Origin: Endozoicomonas sp.
GTDB taxonomy: Bacteria > Pseudomonadota > Gammaproteobacteria > Pseudomonadales > Endozoicomonadaceae
Direction: 5' to 3'
Assembly (NCBI GenBank): GCA_965232255.1
Contig: OZ246962.1
Span: 1,345,113-1,369,112 of the forward strand
Length of the DNA: 24,000 nucleotides
In this document: piece after piece, positions 11,348-19,895 of the stretch
How the letters are laid out: each line of letters opens with the position of its first letter
Position numbering within the stretch: position 1 is the first letter of the stretch
Position numbers and translations under genes: made by a program
The notes under the pieces: generated by a model
What the model was told of the DNA's origin: nothing
The model's database searches: none
What the model saw: the letters and a program-made list of their open reading frames with translations, nothing else

Positions 11348-11745
11348 TTAGCAAAAGTCAATGAAGCCCGTTTTCAGCCGTTTTTTTACCAGTCCTGCGA
11401 CTGGGGAATCCACAGCAGATATCTTCAGAGGTATCATCAGCGACGCCATAATCGAACCGACATCGGCTCCGAGCAGTGGCCTGTTGCCCAGAGGGCTACC
11501 GATCCAGTCAGGCGCAATGGCGGCGGCCTGTTCAGTGACAGCAAACAGTCGCTCTTTTTTAGACCTGGTATCACCGACTCGTTTGCTATTGTCTCCCCGG
11601 GCGGTTTTACTGGCACAACGAAGCGTACCTGCGTGCGCTCCACACAGCGTATTGACTGAATCTGTTTGTCTGAAACTACAACAGAACATGGCTCAATTGG
11701 ATGAGCCAAAAGAAGAAGTTTCTGGTATCGATGATGGTAGCCGAT
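11348..11745 (-). pseudogene. Possible frameshifted Xre-HTH/DUF2384 (ParS/MbcA-type) antitoxin relic with no partner toxin
   Basis: The minus-strand frame of ORF 11348..11689 reads ..GTLRCASK..RLFAVTEQAAAIAPDWIGSPLGNRPLLGADVGSIMASLM... This loosely fits the recalled DUF2384 pattern (rTLxR...A..WL..P...LGG..PL.LL.T..G...V..L). The N-terminal part appears only in a second frame (ORF 11437..11781). No RES-type ORF follows. The match is at pattern level only. Confidence 0.25.
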
Positions 11746-11754
11746 GAATTGCGC

Positions 11755-11772
11755 CGGCCTGTACAGGCCGGT
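11755..11772. terminator. Perfect 18-nt palindrome downstream of hflX
   Basis: ccggcctg-ta-caggccgg begins 22 nt after the hflX stop (11794). It is GC-rich, and the U-tract is weak in both directions. Confidence 0.4.
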
Positions 11773-11793
11773 TCGAGTCATTAATCGGTGGTT

Positions 11794-13098
11794 TTAACTT
11801 TCGGTTTGTGTGGTAGCACTAAAACTGCTCTCGCTCAGACCTTCTTGCTTGGCAAGGCGTTCGAAGTCTGACCGGGGCAGGCGAATCTCAAGCACAATAT
11901 CTCCACTCTCAGCGCAGCTTTCGTCCAGGATGGCACCGAGTTTATACAGGCGAGCACGAACACGTCCCTGGGACGGTTTCAGAGTTAATTGACCTTGCAG
12001 TATATCGTCAGAAAGCAGCTCTTTGATGGCTTCCTGCAACAAGTCGATACCGTCGCCGTTAACCGCAGATACCCACACCCGCACTGGGCGTCCGGCATCA
12101 TTACGCTGAATTTTCGGCTCTACTCCATGCAATAAGTCGATCTTGTTGTAGACCTGCAGCTGCGGCACTTCATCAGCGCCAATCTCTTTGAGTACCGATT
12201 GCACCTGGTCGATATTATCCAGTCGCTCAGGGTCGTGGCTGTCGATCACGTGCAACAGCAAGTCGGCCTGGCGAGTTTCTTCCAGCGTTGCCCGGAAGGC
12301 TTCCACCAATTTATGCGGCAAATGTCGAATAAAACCAACCGTGTCGGCCAGTACTACTGGCCCGATATCGGGTAGGTCGATACGACGCAGTGTTGGATCC
12401 AAAGTGGCAAACAGTTGATCGGCGGCGTAAACCGACGATTCGGTAACCTGATTGAAGAGGGTGGATTTGCCCGCGTTGGTGTAACCCACCAGGGACACCT
12501 GCGGAACCTCAGCCCGTATGCGGGAACGTCGGCCCTGCTCACGCTGTTTGCGTACTTTTTCCAGACGACGGGTGATGCTTTTAATCCGTGCCCGTAATAA
12601 ACGACGGTCGGTTTCTAGCTGCGTCTCACCGGGTCCGCGCAGGCCGATTCCGCCTTTTTGCCGTTCCAGGTGCGTCCAGCCACGCACCAGACGGGTGCTC
12701 ATATGCTGTAGCTGCGCCAGTTCGACTTGCAGTTTGCCTTCAAAGGTACGGGCGCGCTGGGCAAAGATATCAAGAATCAAGCCAGTCCGGTCAATTACCC
12801 GACACTGGAGTTCTTTTTCCAGGTTGCGTTCCTGGCTGGGTGAGAGAGCGTGGTTGAACAGCACAACATCGACATCGTGCAAAACCACCAGTTGGCGAAT
12901 TTCTTCCACTTTGCCGGGACCGATAAAAAAACGCGGGGTGGGATGCTTGCAGTTGGCCGAAATAAATGCAGCAGATTCAACGCCAGCAGAGCGCACCAGC
13001 TCCATAAATTCCTGGGGGTCTTCACGCTTCTGTTCATCATTTAGTTCCAGATGAACCAGGACAGCGGTTTCACCTCCCTCATGGCGGTCAAAAAACAA
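11794..13098 (-). CDS. hflX: GTPase HflX
   Basis: The product is collinear with E. coli HflX as recalled: RVIDRTGLILDIFAQRA.T.EGKLQVELAQL, GGIGLRGPGETQLETDRR, SLVGYTNAGKSTLFN, DTVGFIRHLPH. I prefer the TTG at 13098, preceded by AGGAG 6 nt upstream, which gives M-FFDRHEGGE and aligns with the E. coli N-terminus MFDRYDAGE. The track's GTG at 13146 would add 16 codons. Confidence 0.9.
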   Translation of the reverse strand: MFFDRHEGGETAVLVHLELNDEQKREDPQEFMELVRSAGVESAAFISANCKHPTPRFFIGPGKVEEIRQLVVLHDVDVVLFNHALSPSQERNLEKELQCRVIDRTGLILDIFAQRARTFEGKLQVELAQLQHMSTRLVRGWTHLERQKGGIGLRGPGETQLETDRRLLRARIKSITRRLEKVRKQREQGRRSRIRAEVPQVSLVGYTNAGKSTLFNQVTESSVYAADQLFATLDPTLRRIDLPDIGPVVLADTVGFIRHLPHKLVEAFRATLEETRQADLLLHVIDSHDPERLDNIDQVQSVLKEIGADEVPQLQVYNKIDLLHGVEPKIQRNDAGRPVRVWVSAVNGDGIDLLQEAIKELLSDDILQGQLTLKPSQGRVRARLYKLGAILDESCAESGDIVLEIRLPRSDFERLAKQEGLSESSFSATTQTES

Positions 13099-13197
13099 AG
13101 AGATCTCCTGAACAGCCCTTGGGAATAGTCCCTGAATAGTCACCACATCGTGTCTGGCGCTGGCCAGCGATGTGGCTCATTTTTTATAAAACACCTA

Positions 13198-13216
13198 AAG
13201 GCGCGTAGCGCGCCTT
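13198..13216 (-). terminator. hfq terminator hairpin
   Basis: aaggcgcg-tag-cgcgcctt forms an 8-bp stem 21 nt after the hfq stop. On the minus strand it is followed by a T-rich stretch (taggtgttttataaaaa). Confidence 0.55.
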
Positions 13217-13236
13217 GTAGGATGCATCAACTCAGA

Positions 13237-13482
13237 TTATTCGTGCTCAGGCTGGTCAGTGCCTTGCATGGGCAGTCGAACCGGACGGCTTGGCACTACT
13301 GTAGAAACAGCGTGTTTATACACCATCTGACTGACTGTGTTTTTGAGAAGAATAACGAACTGATCGAAAGACTCGATCTGCCCCTGTAGCTTAATACCAT
13401 TAACCAGGTAGATAGAAACCGGCACGCGTTCTTTACGCAGCACATTCAGGTAAGGGTCTTGTAGAGAATGCCCTTTTGACAT
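13237..13482 (-). CDS. hfq: RNA chaperone Hfq
   Basis: The 81-aa product ([64 protein letters not shown]) carries canonical Sm1/Sm2 motifs. AAGGAG lies 7 nt upstream of the ATG. Confidence 0.97.
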   Translation of the reverse strand: MSKGHSLQDPYLNVLRKERVPVSIYLVNGIKLQGQIESFDQFVILLKNTVSQMVYKHAVSTVVPSRPVRLPMQGTDQPEHE

Positions 13483-13841
13483 TTCTGTACTCCTTTTAAT
13501 TCTCGGGTTTTTGAATAGTCTTACTTCGAACTGGGAGGACTATCCGCAGGACCGGCTGTGCCAGTACCTTTGTTCAATATGTGTACAACTTCGGAAATGC
13601 CGGCCCACATTAAGCTAACCCCACACCACACTCAATAAGTAATACTAGCTAGTCCCAACAGTCCTGCTGTAACAATTACAAGTTCTAAAGTACTACTTTG
13701 CACAGGGATACAATAAAACCGTCATTTATTTACTTTTCTCACCAGAAAACACGACAAACACCCACTACGGAACACCAAGAACAAATCCACTGTCGTTTTA
13801 ACTAATGACGCACACGCGGCGTTCAAATTACGTAACTTTCG

Positions 13842-14828
13842 CTACGCGCTGATGCGTGCTACATCATCAGTCAACGATCGTCCGAGGACAGGCTCCAGGA
13901 CTCTCAGAGCATCGCCAAACAGATCGTTGGATAACGAGTCAAGCCAATGGACATCAGGCCAACTCCTCAGCCAGGTCAGTTGCCGCTTGGCCAGTTGCCG
14001 GGTGGCGATGACCCCCCGTTCGACCATGCCCTCATAGCTTAGTTCCCCATCCAGGTATGACCATGCTTGACGGTAACCCACCGACCGTACCGAGGGTAAG
14101 GACGTAGTCAGATCACCGCGCAAATACAGGTTTTTTACTTCGTCCAAAAAACCCATTTCCAGCATCCTGACAAAGCGCAGGGCAATCCGTTCGTGCAGTA
14201 CTGCTCGATCCTGAGGTGCTATGGCCAGACTGATTACCTGATAAGGTAAACCTTCTTTGTCCTGTTCCTGATGCCACTGGGACAATGGCTTGCCAGTCAG
14301 TTCGTAGACCTCCAGTGCACGTTGCAGACGCTGGCTGTCTGACGGTTTGATCCGTCGTGCTGCTGCCGGATCAACACTGGCCAGTTGCTGGTGTAAATAA
14401 GGCCAACCATGAGCATGGGCGTCATCCAGTAACCGCTGACGCACTTCGACGTCGGCCGGAGGCATAGTAGCGATGCCATCGCGCAGTACCTTGAAGTACA
14501 TCATGGTGCCACCCACCAACAAAGGGATGCGCCCACGGGCTGTGATATCTGCCATCAAGGTCAGCGCATCCCGGCGAAAGTCGGCAGCACTGTAAGACTG
14601 TGCCGGATCAACAATATCAATCAGGTGGTGCGGTACCTGTGCCAGCAGTTGCGGTTCTGGCTTCGCTGTACCGATATCCATACCCTGGTATACCAGGGCA
14701 GAGTCCACGCTGATGATTTCGCAGGGGAACGCCTTACCGAGCATGATCGCCAACTCGGTTTTACCGGCAGCGGTCGGCCCCATCAAAAAAACAGCGGGCG
14801 GCAGCCGTTTTCCCTCATGCTTGGACAT
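13842..14828 (-). CDS. miaA: tRNA dimethylallyltransferase
   Basis: The 328-aa product has a P-loop ([11 protein letters not shown]) and the motifs [33 protein letters not shown] and [14 protein letters not shown]. It is collinear with E. coli MiaA as recalled. Confidence 0.95.
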   Translation of the reverse strand: MSKHEGKRLPPAVFLMGPTAAGKTELAIMLGKAFPCEIISVDSALVYQGMDIGTAKPEPQLLAQVPHHLIDIVDPAQSYSAADFRRDALTLMADITARGRIPLLVGGTMMYFKVLRDGIATMPPADVEVRQRLLDDAHAHGWPYLHQQLASVDPAAARRIKPSDSQRLQRALEVYELTGKPLSQWHQEQDKEGLPYQVISLAIAPQDRAVLHERIALRFVRMLEMGFLDEVKNLYLRGDLTTSLPSVRSVGYRQAWSYLDGELSYEGMVERGVIATRQLAKRQLTWLRSWPDVHWLDSLSNDLFGDALRVLEPVLGRSLTDDVARISA

Positions 14829-15048
14829 AAATAAACGAATATCTGAAAACTGTTAGAAGATTCTATAGCAGGTGAGGGAAATGTCTAATACCACTTTTAC
14901 CTATAGGTTTTTACAGCGCTTGATCAGTGAGCAATTGATATTCTCCTCTAGCCAGGTTGCTGGAGAACCACCACTAGTGGATGACTACTCTCCCAGTGTC
15001 TCGCCTGATGTGGAGGGGATGGCGCTAACATCAAAAGAAGTTAGTTTT

Positions 15049-15120
15049 CCAGCCTTATCAGGCTGGTCGCTATCCCTCCCAGTACTAAAAGTACTGGGTT
15101 TCTCGCGAGGTTTTCGATGA
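15049..15120 (-). repeat. tnpB-less copy of the IS200/IS605-type left end (solo or truncated LE, or a miniature element)
   Basis: The reverse complement of 15049-15120 matches 21058-21128 at 70 of 72 aligned positions, with one A indel and one A/G change. The match includes both hairpins (cccagtact-ttt-agtactggg and ccagcc-tgataa-ggctgg). Similarity stops abruptly at 15048. Confidence 0.8.
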
Positions 15121-15132
15121 TAAGAAGCTTCA

Positions 15133-15768
15133 TTACTGAGAATGATGTCCGTCGTGGGAATCAGAGGATTTGTGAGGAGATTGGGATTTGAACCCGGGAA
15201 TCACTGATTTCTGGTTGATATCGACCAAAACTTTCTGTTTACCGGATGCACCAACGGTCTCTACCTCAAAAAAGCCCACACCTAACCGATTTTCATACTC
15301 GACTTCCTTGACCATCGGCTCACCTGCCGGACTGACTTTGGCGATGACGTCTTTTACCGTAAAGCCAGCCTGTTGAATGGCCTCAACAGTAGCTAATATT
15401 TTGGCACTTTCTTTAGCGCTTAAATTGCGTTCGATTGTTTCCTTCACAATCTTGCCGTTGCTGGCATCAATCTCCACTTCATAGATCTCGCCCTTGATTG
15501 GGTTAGCCAGTTCAATTTTATAGGTCAGCCGATTGTGATCAGCTTCGAGTTCATACTGATAAACAGTTCCTTTATAGGTGCTTTTTGCAATATCTATCGC
15601 TTTGTCTGCGGTAATGCCGGACTGTTTGATCACCTGGCGAGCAATGGTCATCTCTTCATAACGACTCCGGCCACTGTCATGATCATCGTCTGCCCAGGTA
15701 GCGGTAGTAGCACCAGTGGCAGCAGCAGTTGCCACGGCCAGAGTCAAAATTTTTACCAGTTTGTTCAT
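15133..15768 (-). CDS. Exported tandem PepSY-domain protein
   Basis: The ATG at 15768 has AAGGAG 6 nt upstream. A signal peptide is present (MNKLVKILTLAVATAAATGATTATWA). Two repeats have the PepSY-like pattern (I..A..IA......G.V...ELE......Y.VE........V.VDA..GK). The C-terminal tail is His-rich. Confidence 0.7.
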   Translation of the reverse strand: MNKLVKILTLAVATAAATGATTATWADDDHDSGRSRYEEMTIARQVIKQSGITADKAIDIAKSTYKGTVYQYELEADHNRLTYKIELANPIKGEIYEVEIDASNGKIVKETIERNLSAKESAKILATVEAIQQAGFTVKDVIAKVSPAGEPMVKEVEYENRLGVGFFEVETVGASGKQKVLVDINQKSVIPGFKSQSPHKSSDSHDGHHSQ

Positions 15769-16029
15769 AATGTACTCCTTAAATCTGTACACATCAGGTT
15801 TGTTTCTGGGTTCCAGTATAAACAGCTGTTATTTACTACAGATGGACGGAAAATTAATTTTATTTCATGTTGGTGCTGGGTGTTTTAATCAACACTTTTC
15901 GGAAAAGCTTTTTGCCCGGGGCGTCGTGAAGCTGAATATGCCTCTGAGTTTACCTGACAGACCCATATTATTGGGTCCGCAAAGTAAAAGTAAAAGTGGT
16001 TGTTTATTTAACCGACAAGATAACTGCAA

Positions 16030-17298
16030 TTACCACTTCTGACGGGTCAGGTCGCAGCGAATCTTCTCGCCACGCACGGCCGGTGTATCTGGTTTGTCAG
16101 CTGACTCACACAGGTGAGTATTGCCGTAGTCGTTGTGTTCCACATGAGCATTTGTGCGCGCCCAAACAGTGACAATAGCCTTTTCATGGGGCTTAGCGTC
16201 GCAATCAGCGTCGATCTCAAAAGCGTGGATGGTATTAGCGTGAAAATACGTCAGTGGGTCTCTGTTTGGTTCGGATGATGCCCAGGCGGTATGCTCGTTG
16301 TGATAATTGGTGTCGAGCTCAACCTCACGCATGTTGGCGTTTTGGGCTATGGTTTTCAGTAGGTTATTGCCTTCGCGCACTGCAAACGACTTGAACTGGT
16401 TGGCACAGGCAGGCTGACGAATGGTGTAATACGCCTCGGAAATGGCGTGGTTGTGATACGGGTAGAAGGTGTCTACCTGCTGCACCACCATGCCTACCTC
16501 AGCGCCTACCTCCTCATCATTAATGGTGTCAATTCTTAGCAGCCCCCAGTGACCCAGGATTTCAGCATAAGCATAGCCACCACGGACATTATCGAAGTTG
16601 CGCTTGTTGCGCTCGCTGTTAGCGGCGTACATGGGCGACCAGCCCACTGATGCCCACAGGTTAGGCAGCGCATTTGCTGAAACATCCTGTTTGAAGTTTT
16701 TCGGCATGACGAGATCGCTGCCGGTGGCCATTTGAGAGAAGTTTTTAGCAAAATTTTTGCCGTGAGTGCGGGCTTTGTTGCTGGTTTTGACCTCATTATA
16801 AAACTCAGTCATTGTCGTTCGATCCAGCCACTTGGCTACCGGTGAATTGGCCAGCAGGCTGCCCTCAGGCATAGTTAGTGATTTGTCGTCTTTGCGCGGG
16901 TCAAAGCATTTTTTCGCAGCATCCGGGTTATTAACGATCTGATAGATGTGTTTGACCATCTTTTTCATGTCTTCATTCTCCATAACGCACATTTTGGAGA
17001 ATCCGGGTTCTGTGGTTTCATAGATGGCCACATCGGAGTTGAGGCAACCACCGGTGGTGCTGGTGGTTAGGGCATCAGCGTAGTTTTTTAAATAGACTAG
17101 TGATTCTTGCCACAACGTGTCCACCAGCTTCTGCTCTTCGGGGGTGTATTTGGTGGTTACCGGGTCAAGGCAGACGAACTCAGGATTTTTCAAGTCATCT
17201 GGATGGATGTTAGCGGTTTCAACGCTGGCAATGACCGAGACGGAAATCAGGGAAATGGCTGTGGCCAGCAATCCTTTTGCGAACATAATATTGCTCAT
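16030..17298 (-). CDS. Periplasmic cupin, DddY-like (candidate DMSP lyase)
   Basis: A signal peptide is present (MSNIMFAKGLLATAISLISVSVIA|SVE). The cupin metal motif is H282-N-H284-AIS-E288-A-Y290, with H358 downstream and Y244 upstream. These spacings equal those I recall for Acinetobacter bereziniae DddY (Y225, H263, H265, E269, Y271, H338). The ~420-aa size and periplasmic location also match DddY. Confidence 0.5.
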   Translation of the reverse strand: MSNIMFAKGLLATAISLISVSVIASVETANIHPDDLKNPEFVCLDPVTTKYTPEEQKLVDTLWQESLVYLKNYADALTTSTTGGCLNSDVAIYETTEPGFSKMCVMENEDMKKMVKHIYQIVNNPDAAKKCFDPRKDDKSLTMPEGSLLANSPVAKWLDRTTMTEFYNEVKTSNKARTHGKNFAKNFSQMATGSDLVMPKNFKQDVSANALPNLWASVGWSPMYAANSERNKRNFDNVRGGYAYAEILGHWGLLRIDTINDEEVGAEVGMVVQQVDTFYPYHNHAISEAYYTIRQPACANQFKSFAVREGNNLLKTIAQNANMREVELDTNYHNEHTAWASSEPNRDPLTYFHANTIHAFEIDADCDAKPHEKAIVTVWARTNAHVEHNDYGNTHLCESADKPDTPAVRGEKIRCDLTRQKW

Positions 17299-17970
17299 AA
17301 TATGGTCTGAAAGTGCAAACGCAGAACGCTCTTTGCGCTGCTAACATTTGCGGTTATTAGACAAGTTGTGGGATTTAATAAAAAAGTACTGTCGTTTTTT
17401 ACCTTGGACAGCTCAAAACACGAATTCCAGTAACCAGACAAACGTGTGTGGTCGTATTATTGCTTTGCGGATTGTTTCGCACATGAACATAAAACGAAGA
17501 ATATGGATTCCTGTCGGCAAAGCCATCTGACTCAAAATATACCAATGGGCAATGACAGCACTGTTCTGTGTTCATATTGACTAATCGTATAGTCAAATTT
17601 ATCGCAAACACATAGCGTAGAAATAGCAGGATAAAGAGAGGTAATGTCGTAAGTCAGTGGTTGTTTGGTATAAATTACTTGTATATAGATTGATATCTAC
17701 CTACATATATCCGGAAAAAACAAATATTTATTTGTTGTTGCATCGGTTTTCAACTGCTCTTTGAGGTAGTGGTTAGTAACCGTAATGTCTTGGTAAAGCG
17801 TTCTTCGGTAGTGCAATGACTTCTGGTATCTGGTTGAGGCCGTGGCTGGAGTCACGGACAGTGATTATGCTTGATTTGGGTAGTCAAGCCGTTAACGTCT
17901 GCATGTTGATTTATCTACCAATTAAGAGCAGTTACTGATTCACCTTTAATAATTAAATTCAATAATTAAA

Positions 17971-18378
17971 TTAATGGACTCCCGGTAAATAGTTGAAGAA
18001 AAAACCTAGTGCATCATAAACGGATCTGTTATTAATCAATTCTTTCATTGATACTTCCATAACAGTGCCAAAAGCATTTGCCATATCAGCTCCATTATAG
18101 GTTAGATCTTCAAATTCATGAAAGCATTCGTCTATTAATAGTCTGGATAAAATGTTGGCCGTATTATGATTAATAGAGGTTATTTCATCATTGCTTATAT
18201 TTGTGTATTCCCTGAACTCAGGATGAGCAGATATACCAAAATACACCCACTTAACAAGTTCCCTTCTCTCTTTGACATTCATGGAATCGATCATACATTC
18301 TGCTAGTTGATTTGCGTGCACAGAAAATGACAAAGCCAGCGAGATGGAAATACTAAAAACCTTGAGAAAGTTTTTCAT
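17971..18378 (-). CDS. Small exported protein of unknown function
   Basis: The 135-aa product has a signal peptide (MKNFLKVFSISISLALSFSVHA|NQ), and GGAG lies 7 nt upstream of the ATG. The gene has AT-rich codon usage unlike its flanks. I recognise no family. Confidence 0.6.
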   Translation of the reverse strand: MKNFLKVFSISISLALSFSVHANQLAECMIDSMNVKERRELVKWVYFGISAHPEFREYTNISNDEITSINHNTANILSRLLIDECFHEFEDLTYNGADMANAFGTVMEVSMKELINNRSVYDALGFFFNYLPGVH

Positions 18379-18580
18379 GCTTCATCTCCAGGAGGAAATT
18401 GACATGTCTTTATACTCTCAACAGATAAAAAATAAAAATAAGTAACAGTACACGTTTGAGAAGATGCTGGTGTTTTGTTCGCAAGAAAATCGAGCAGTTA
18501 TAATTGTCAATCTAAGTCAATTGTGTACAGACAAAGCCCATTACGGGCGATTGGTCACAAAACACCAAACTACTGGAGCA

Positions 18581-18610
18581 AGCTGTTACCATCCCAAGGT
18601 GGCAACAGCT
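18581..18610 (-). terminator. Hairpin downstream of the effector-like gene
   Basis: agctgttacca/tggcaacagct pair over 11 bp with 1 mismatch and an 8-nt loop. The hairpin lies 58 nt after the stop at 18668. On the minus strand, a moderately T-rich tail (gtttggtgttttg) begins about 10 nt after the stem. Confidence 0.35.
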
Positions 18611-18667
18611 GATTAGTTGATTAGCTGATTAGAAGAGCTGCTTTGGATGGTGATTTTTTGCAGCAGC

Positions 18668-19804
18668 TTACAATCCCGGCAACAAGAGTATTTGCATCAA
18701 ATATCCGGCCTGAAGGTATTGCAATTGAGCCTGTTCTTTCGCTGCCCTGATTTCCTCGATACTGGCATGACTCAAATTCAGATTCGAAGGTATTTCAAAC
18801 ACACTCTGGGCAAACATCGCGGCCAATTGGAATCTTGGTTGTTTGTGGAATTCTGATTGTTCAGGATCATTTTCCCTGGTATGGCGGTAGGCTGTCATCA
18901 TTACGCAGATAGCCACCAGGAAGTGGTCTTTTTCATCTGGGGGCATCTTTTGCAGTGACTGTTGTAGCTCATTTACCAGCATTTCGGGAACCTGGTCATC
19001 CTTACCAGCAATCATTGCCTGTGACAGTCTATTGAAAGCCTCTTCATTGAATACCGGGTGGCGACTTTGGAGGTTTCTGAACAGGTGTGAGATAGCTATC
19101 GGATTGTCCAAAACATCTTTGGCAAGATGTTTGGCGTGAAAGTTGGTGGCCGCTGACTTGATTAATTTCTTACTTTCTGAATGGAAGAACAAGCCATTAT
19201 GCTTTTCGCTGATAAGACCTGTCAGTGCGTCCGCCAGTAAGCGTCGGTTCAATGCCGCGTACCAAGGCCGGGGAAATTGTTTCTCTTTGTTCAGAGCCAT
19301 TCTTTGTTCAGGAGTGCAGGCATCGAGCAGCTTTCTAACGCCATCAATGCTGTTTCGTTTTGCCAACAGTTGCACGAGGGCGGCGGTGGAGAGACGGGTG
19401 GTAAAATTCCCTTCTACCGCCGGTTTAACCCCATTACTTTTGTGACCACCGTCGCCATAAATCTGGTTTAGTTTGTTGACGTGTTGTGGTGGCGTTGCAT
19501 GATTATTTGTGGTTATGGGCTGTTTGTTGACGCCGTTTTTTTCCCTGGAAAACAAAATTGGGCTAACGGCATAGTGGCAAGATGGCTCACTTGGTTGATC
19601 GTAGATGGACTCTTCAGCAGGGGAGGTGGTGGTTTTTTTCGGTGGGAGTGGTTTCCTGATTTTACGCTTGGCAATGTGTTTCTCAGGTGCCTCGGTGCCT
19701 GGTTGATCGGTGGCTACCTGTGGCTTTTTGCCCGGCTTGGGCTTTGTGGCAGGCTTGGTTGCGGGCTTGTGGAACTCGTTGGGTTTTTGCGGGCCTATGT
19801 GCAT
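18668..19804 (-). CDS. Effector-like protein: disordered Pro/Lys/Thr-rich N-terminus plus ~250-aa helical C-domain, function unknown
   Basis: This 378-aa ORF has no signal peptide. It contains KPATKPATKPKPGKKP repeats, a KRKIRKPLPPKK basic/PxxP cluster and an EESIYDQPSEP motif. The C-terminal domain looks coding (balanced composition, amphipathic helices). I recognise no family. Confidence 0.65.
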   Translation of the reverse strand: MHIGPQKPNEFHKPATKPATKPKPGKKPQVATDQPGTEAPEKHIAKRKIRKPLPPKKTTTSPAEESIYDQPSEPSCHYAVSPILFSREKNGVNKQPITTNNHATPPQHVNKLNQIYGDGGHKSNGVKPAVEGNFTTRLSTAALVQLLAKRNSIDGVRKLLDACTPEQRMALNKEKQFPRPWYAALNRRLLADALTGLISEKHNGLFFHSESKKLIKSAATNFHAKHLAKDVLDNPIAISHLFRNLQSRHPVFNEEAFNRLSQAMIAGKDDQVPEMLVNELQQSLQKMPPDEKDHFLVAICVMMTAYRHTRENDPEQSEFHKQPRFQLAAMFAQSVFEIPSNLNLSHASIEEIRAAKEQAQLQYLQAGYLMQILLLPGL

Positions 19805-19861
19805 AAAAAAACGTCCTTATTGATTGTTATGCAGTGGCGGCGCTGCCGGTAGCCCTGAGCA

Positions 19862-19895
19862 TCACTAACTGGTCGTCACTAGATGCTCATCACTA
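19862..19895. promoter_or_regulatory. Three TCACTA hexamers at exact 14-bp spacing upstream of the effector-like gene
   Basis: TCACTA occurs at 19862-19867, 19876-19881 and 19890-19895. These lie 58-91 nt upstream of the ATG at 19804. Confidence 0.3.

Noticed and set aside
11361-11747. 128-aa plus-strand ORF downstream of tyrP
   Set aside because: Its Ser/Pro/Ala/Arg-rich composition looks like the wrong frame of the minus-strand relic. I kept it only as a possible non-coding transcript.
12518-13054. 178-aa plus-strand ORF, plus several 60-90-aa ORFs in 11810-13044
   Set aside because: They are antisense or out of frame relative to hflX. The translations are Arg/Ser-rich, typical of wrong-frame reading.
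13483-13841. Unusually long (359-nt) miaA-hfq spacer, inspected for an sRNA, repeat or small ORF
   Set aside because: I could support no ORF, strong hairpin or repeat. It most likely holds the hfq promoters, which here lie outside miaA.
14872-15120. 82-aa plus-strand ORF between miaA and the PepSY gene
   Set aside because: Its 3' third is the inverted IS left-end repeat and the rest is hairpin-rich spacer. It has no SD, and the GTG start chosen by the track is not compelling.
17348-17611. 60-aa (+) and 70-aa (-) ORFs in the AT-rich gap
   Set aside because: They overlap each other on opposite strands, have no SD and have odd composition. I consider the region non-coding.
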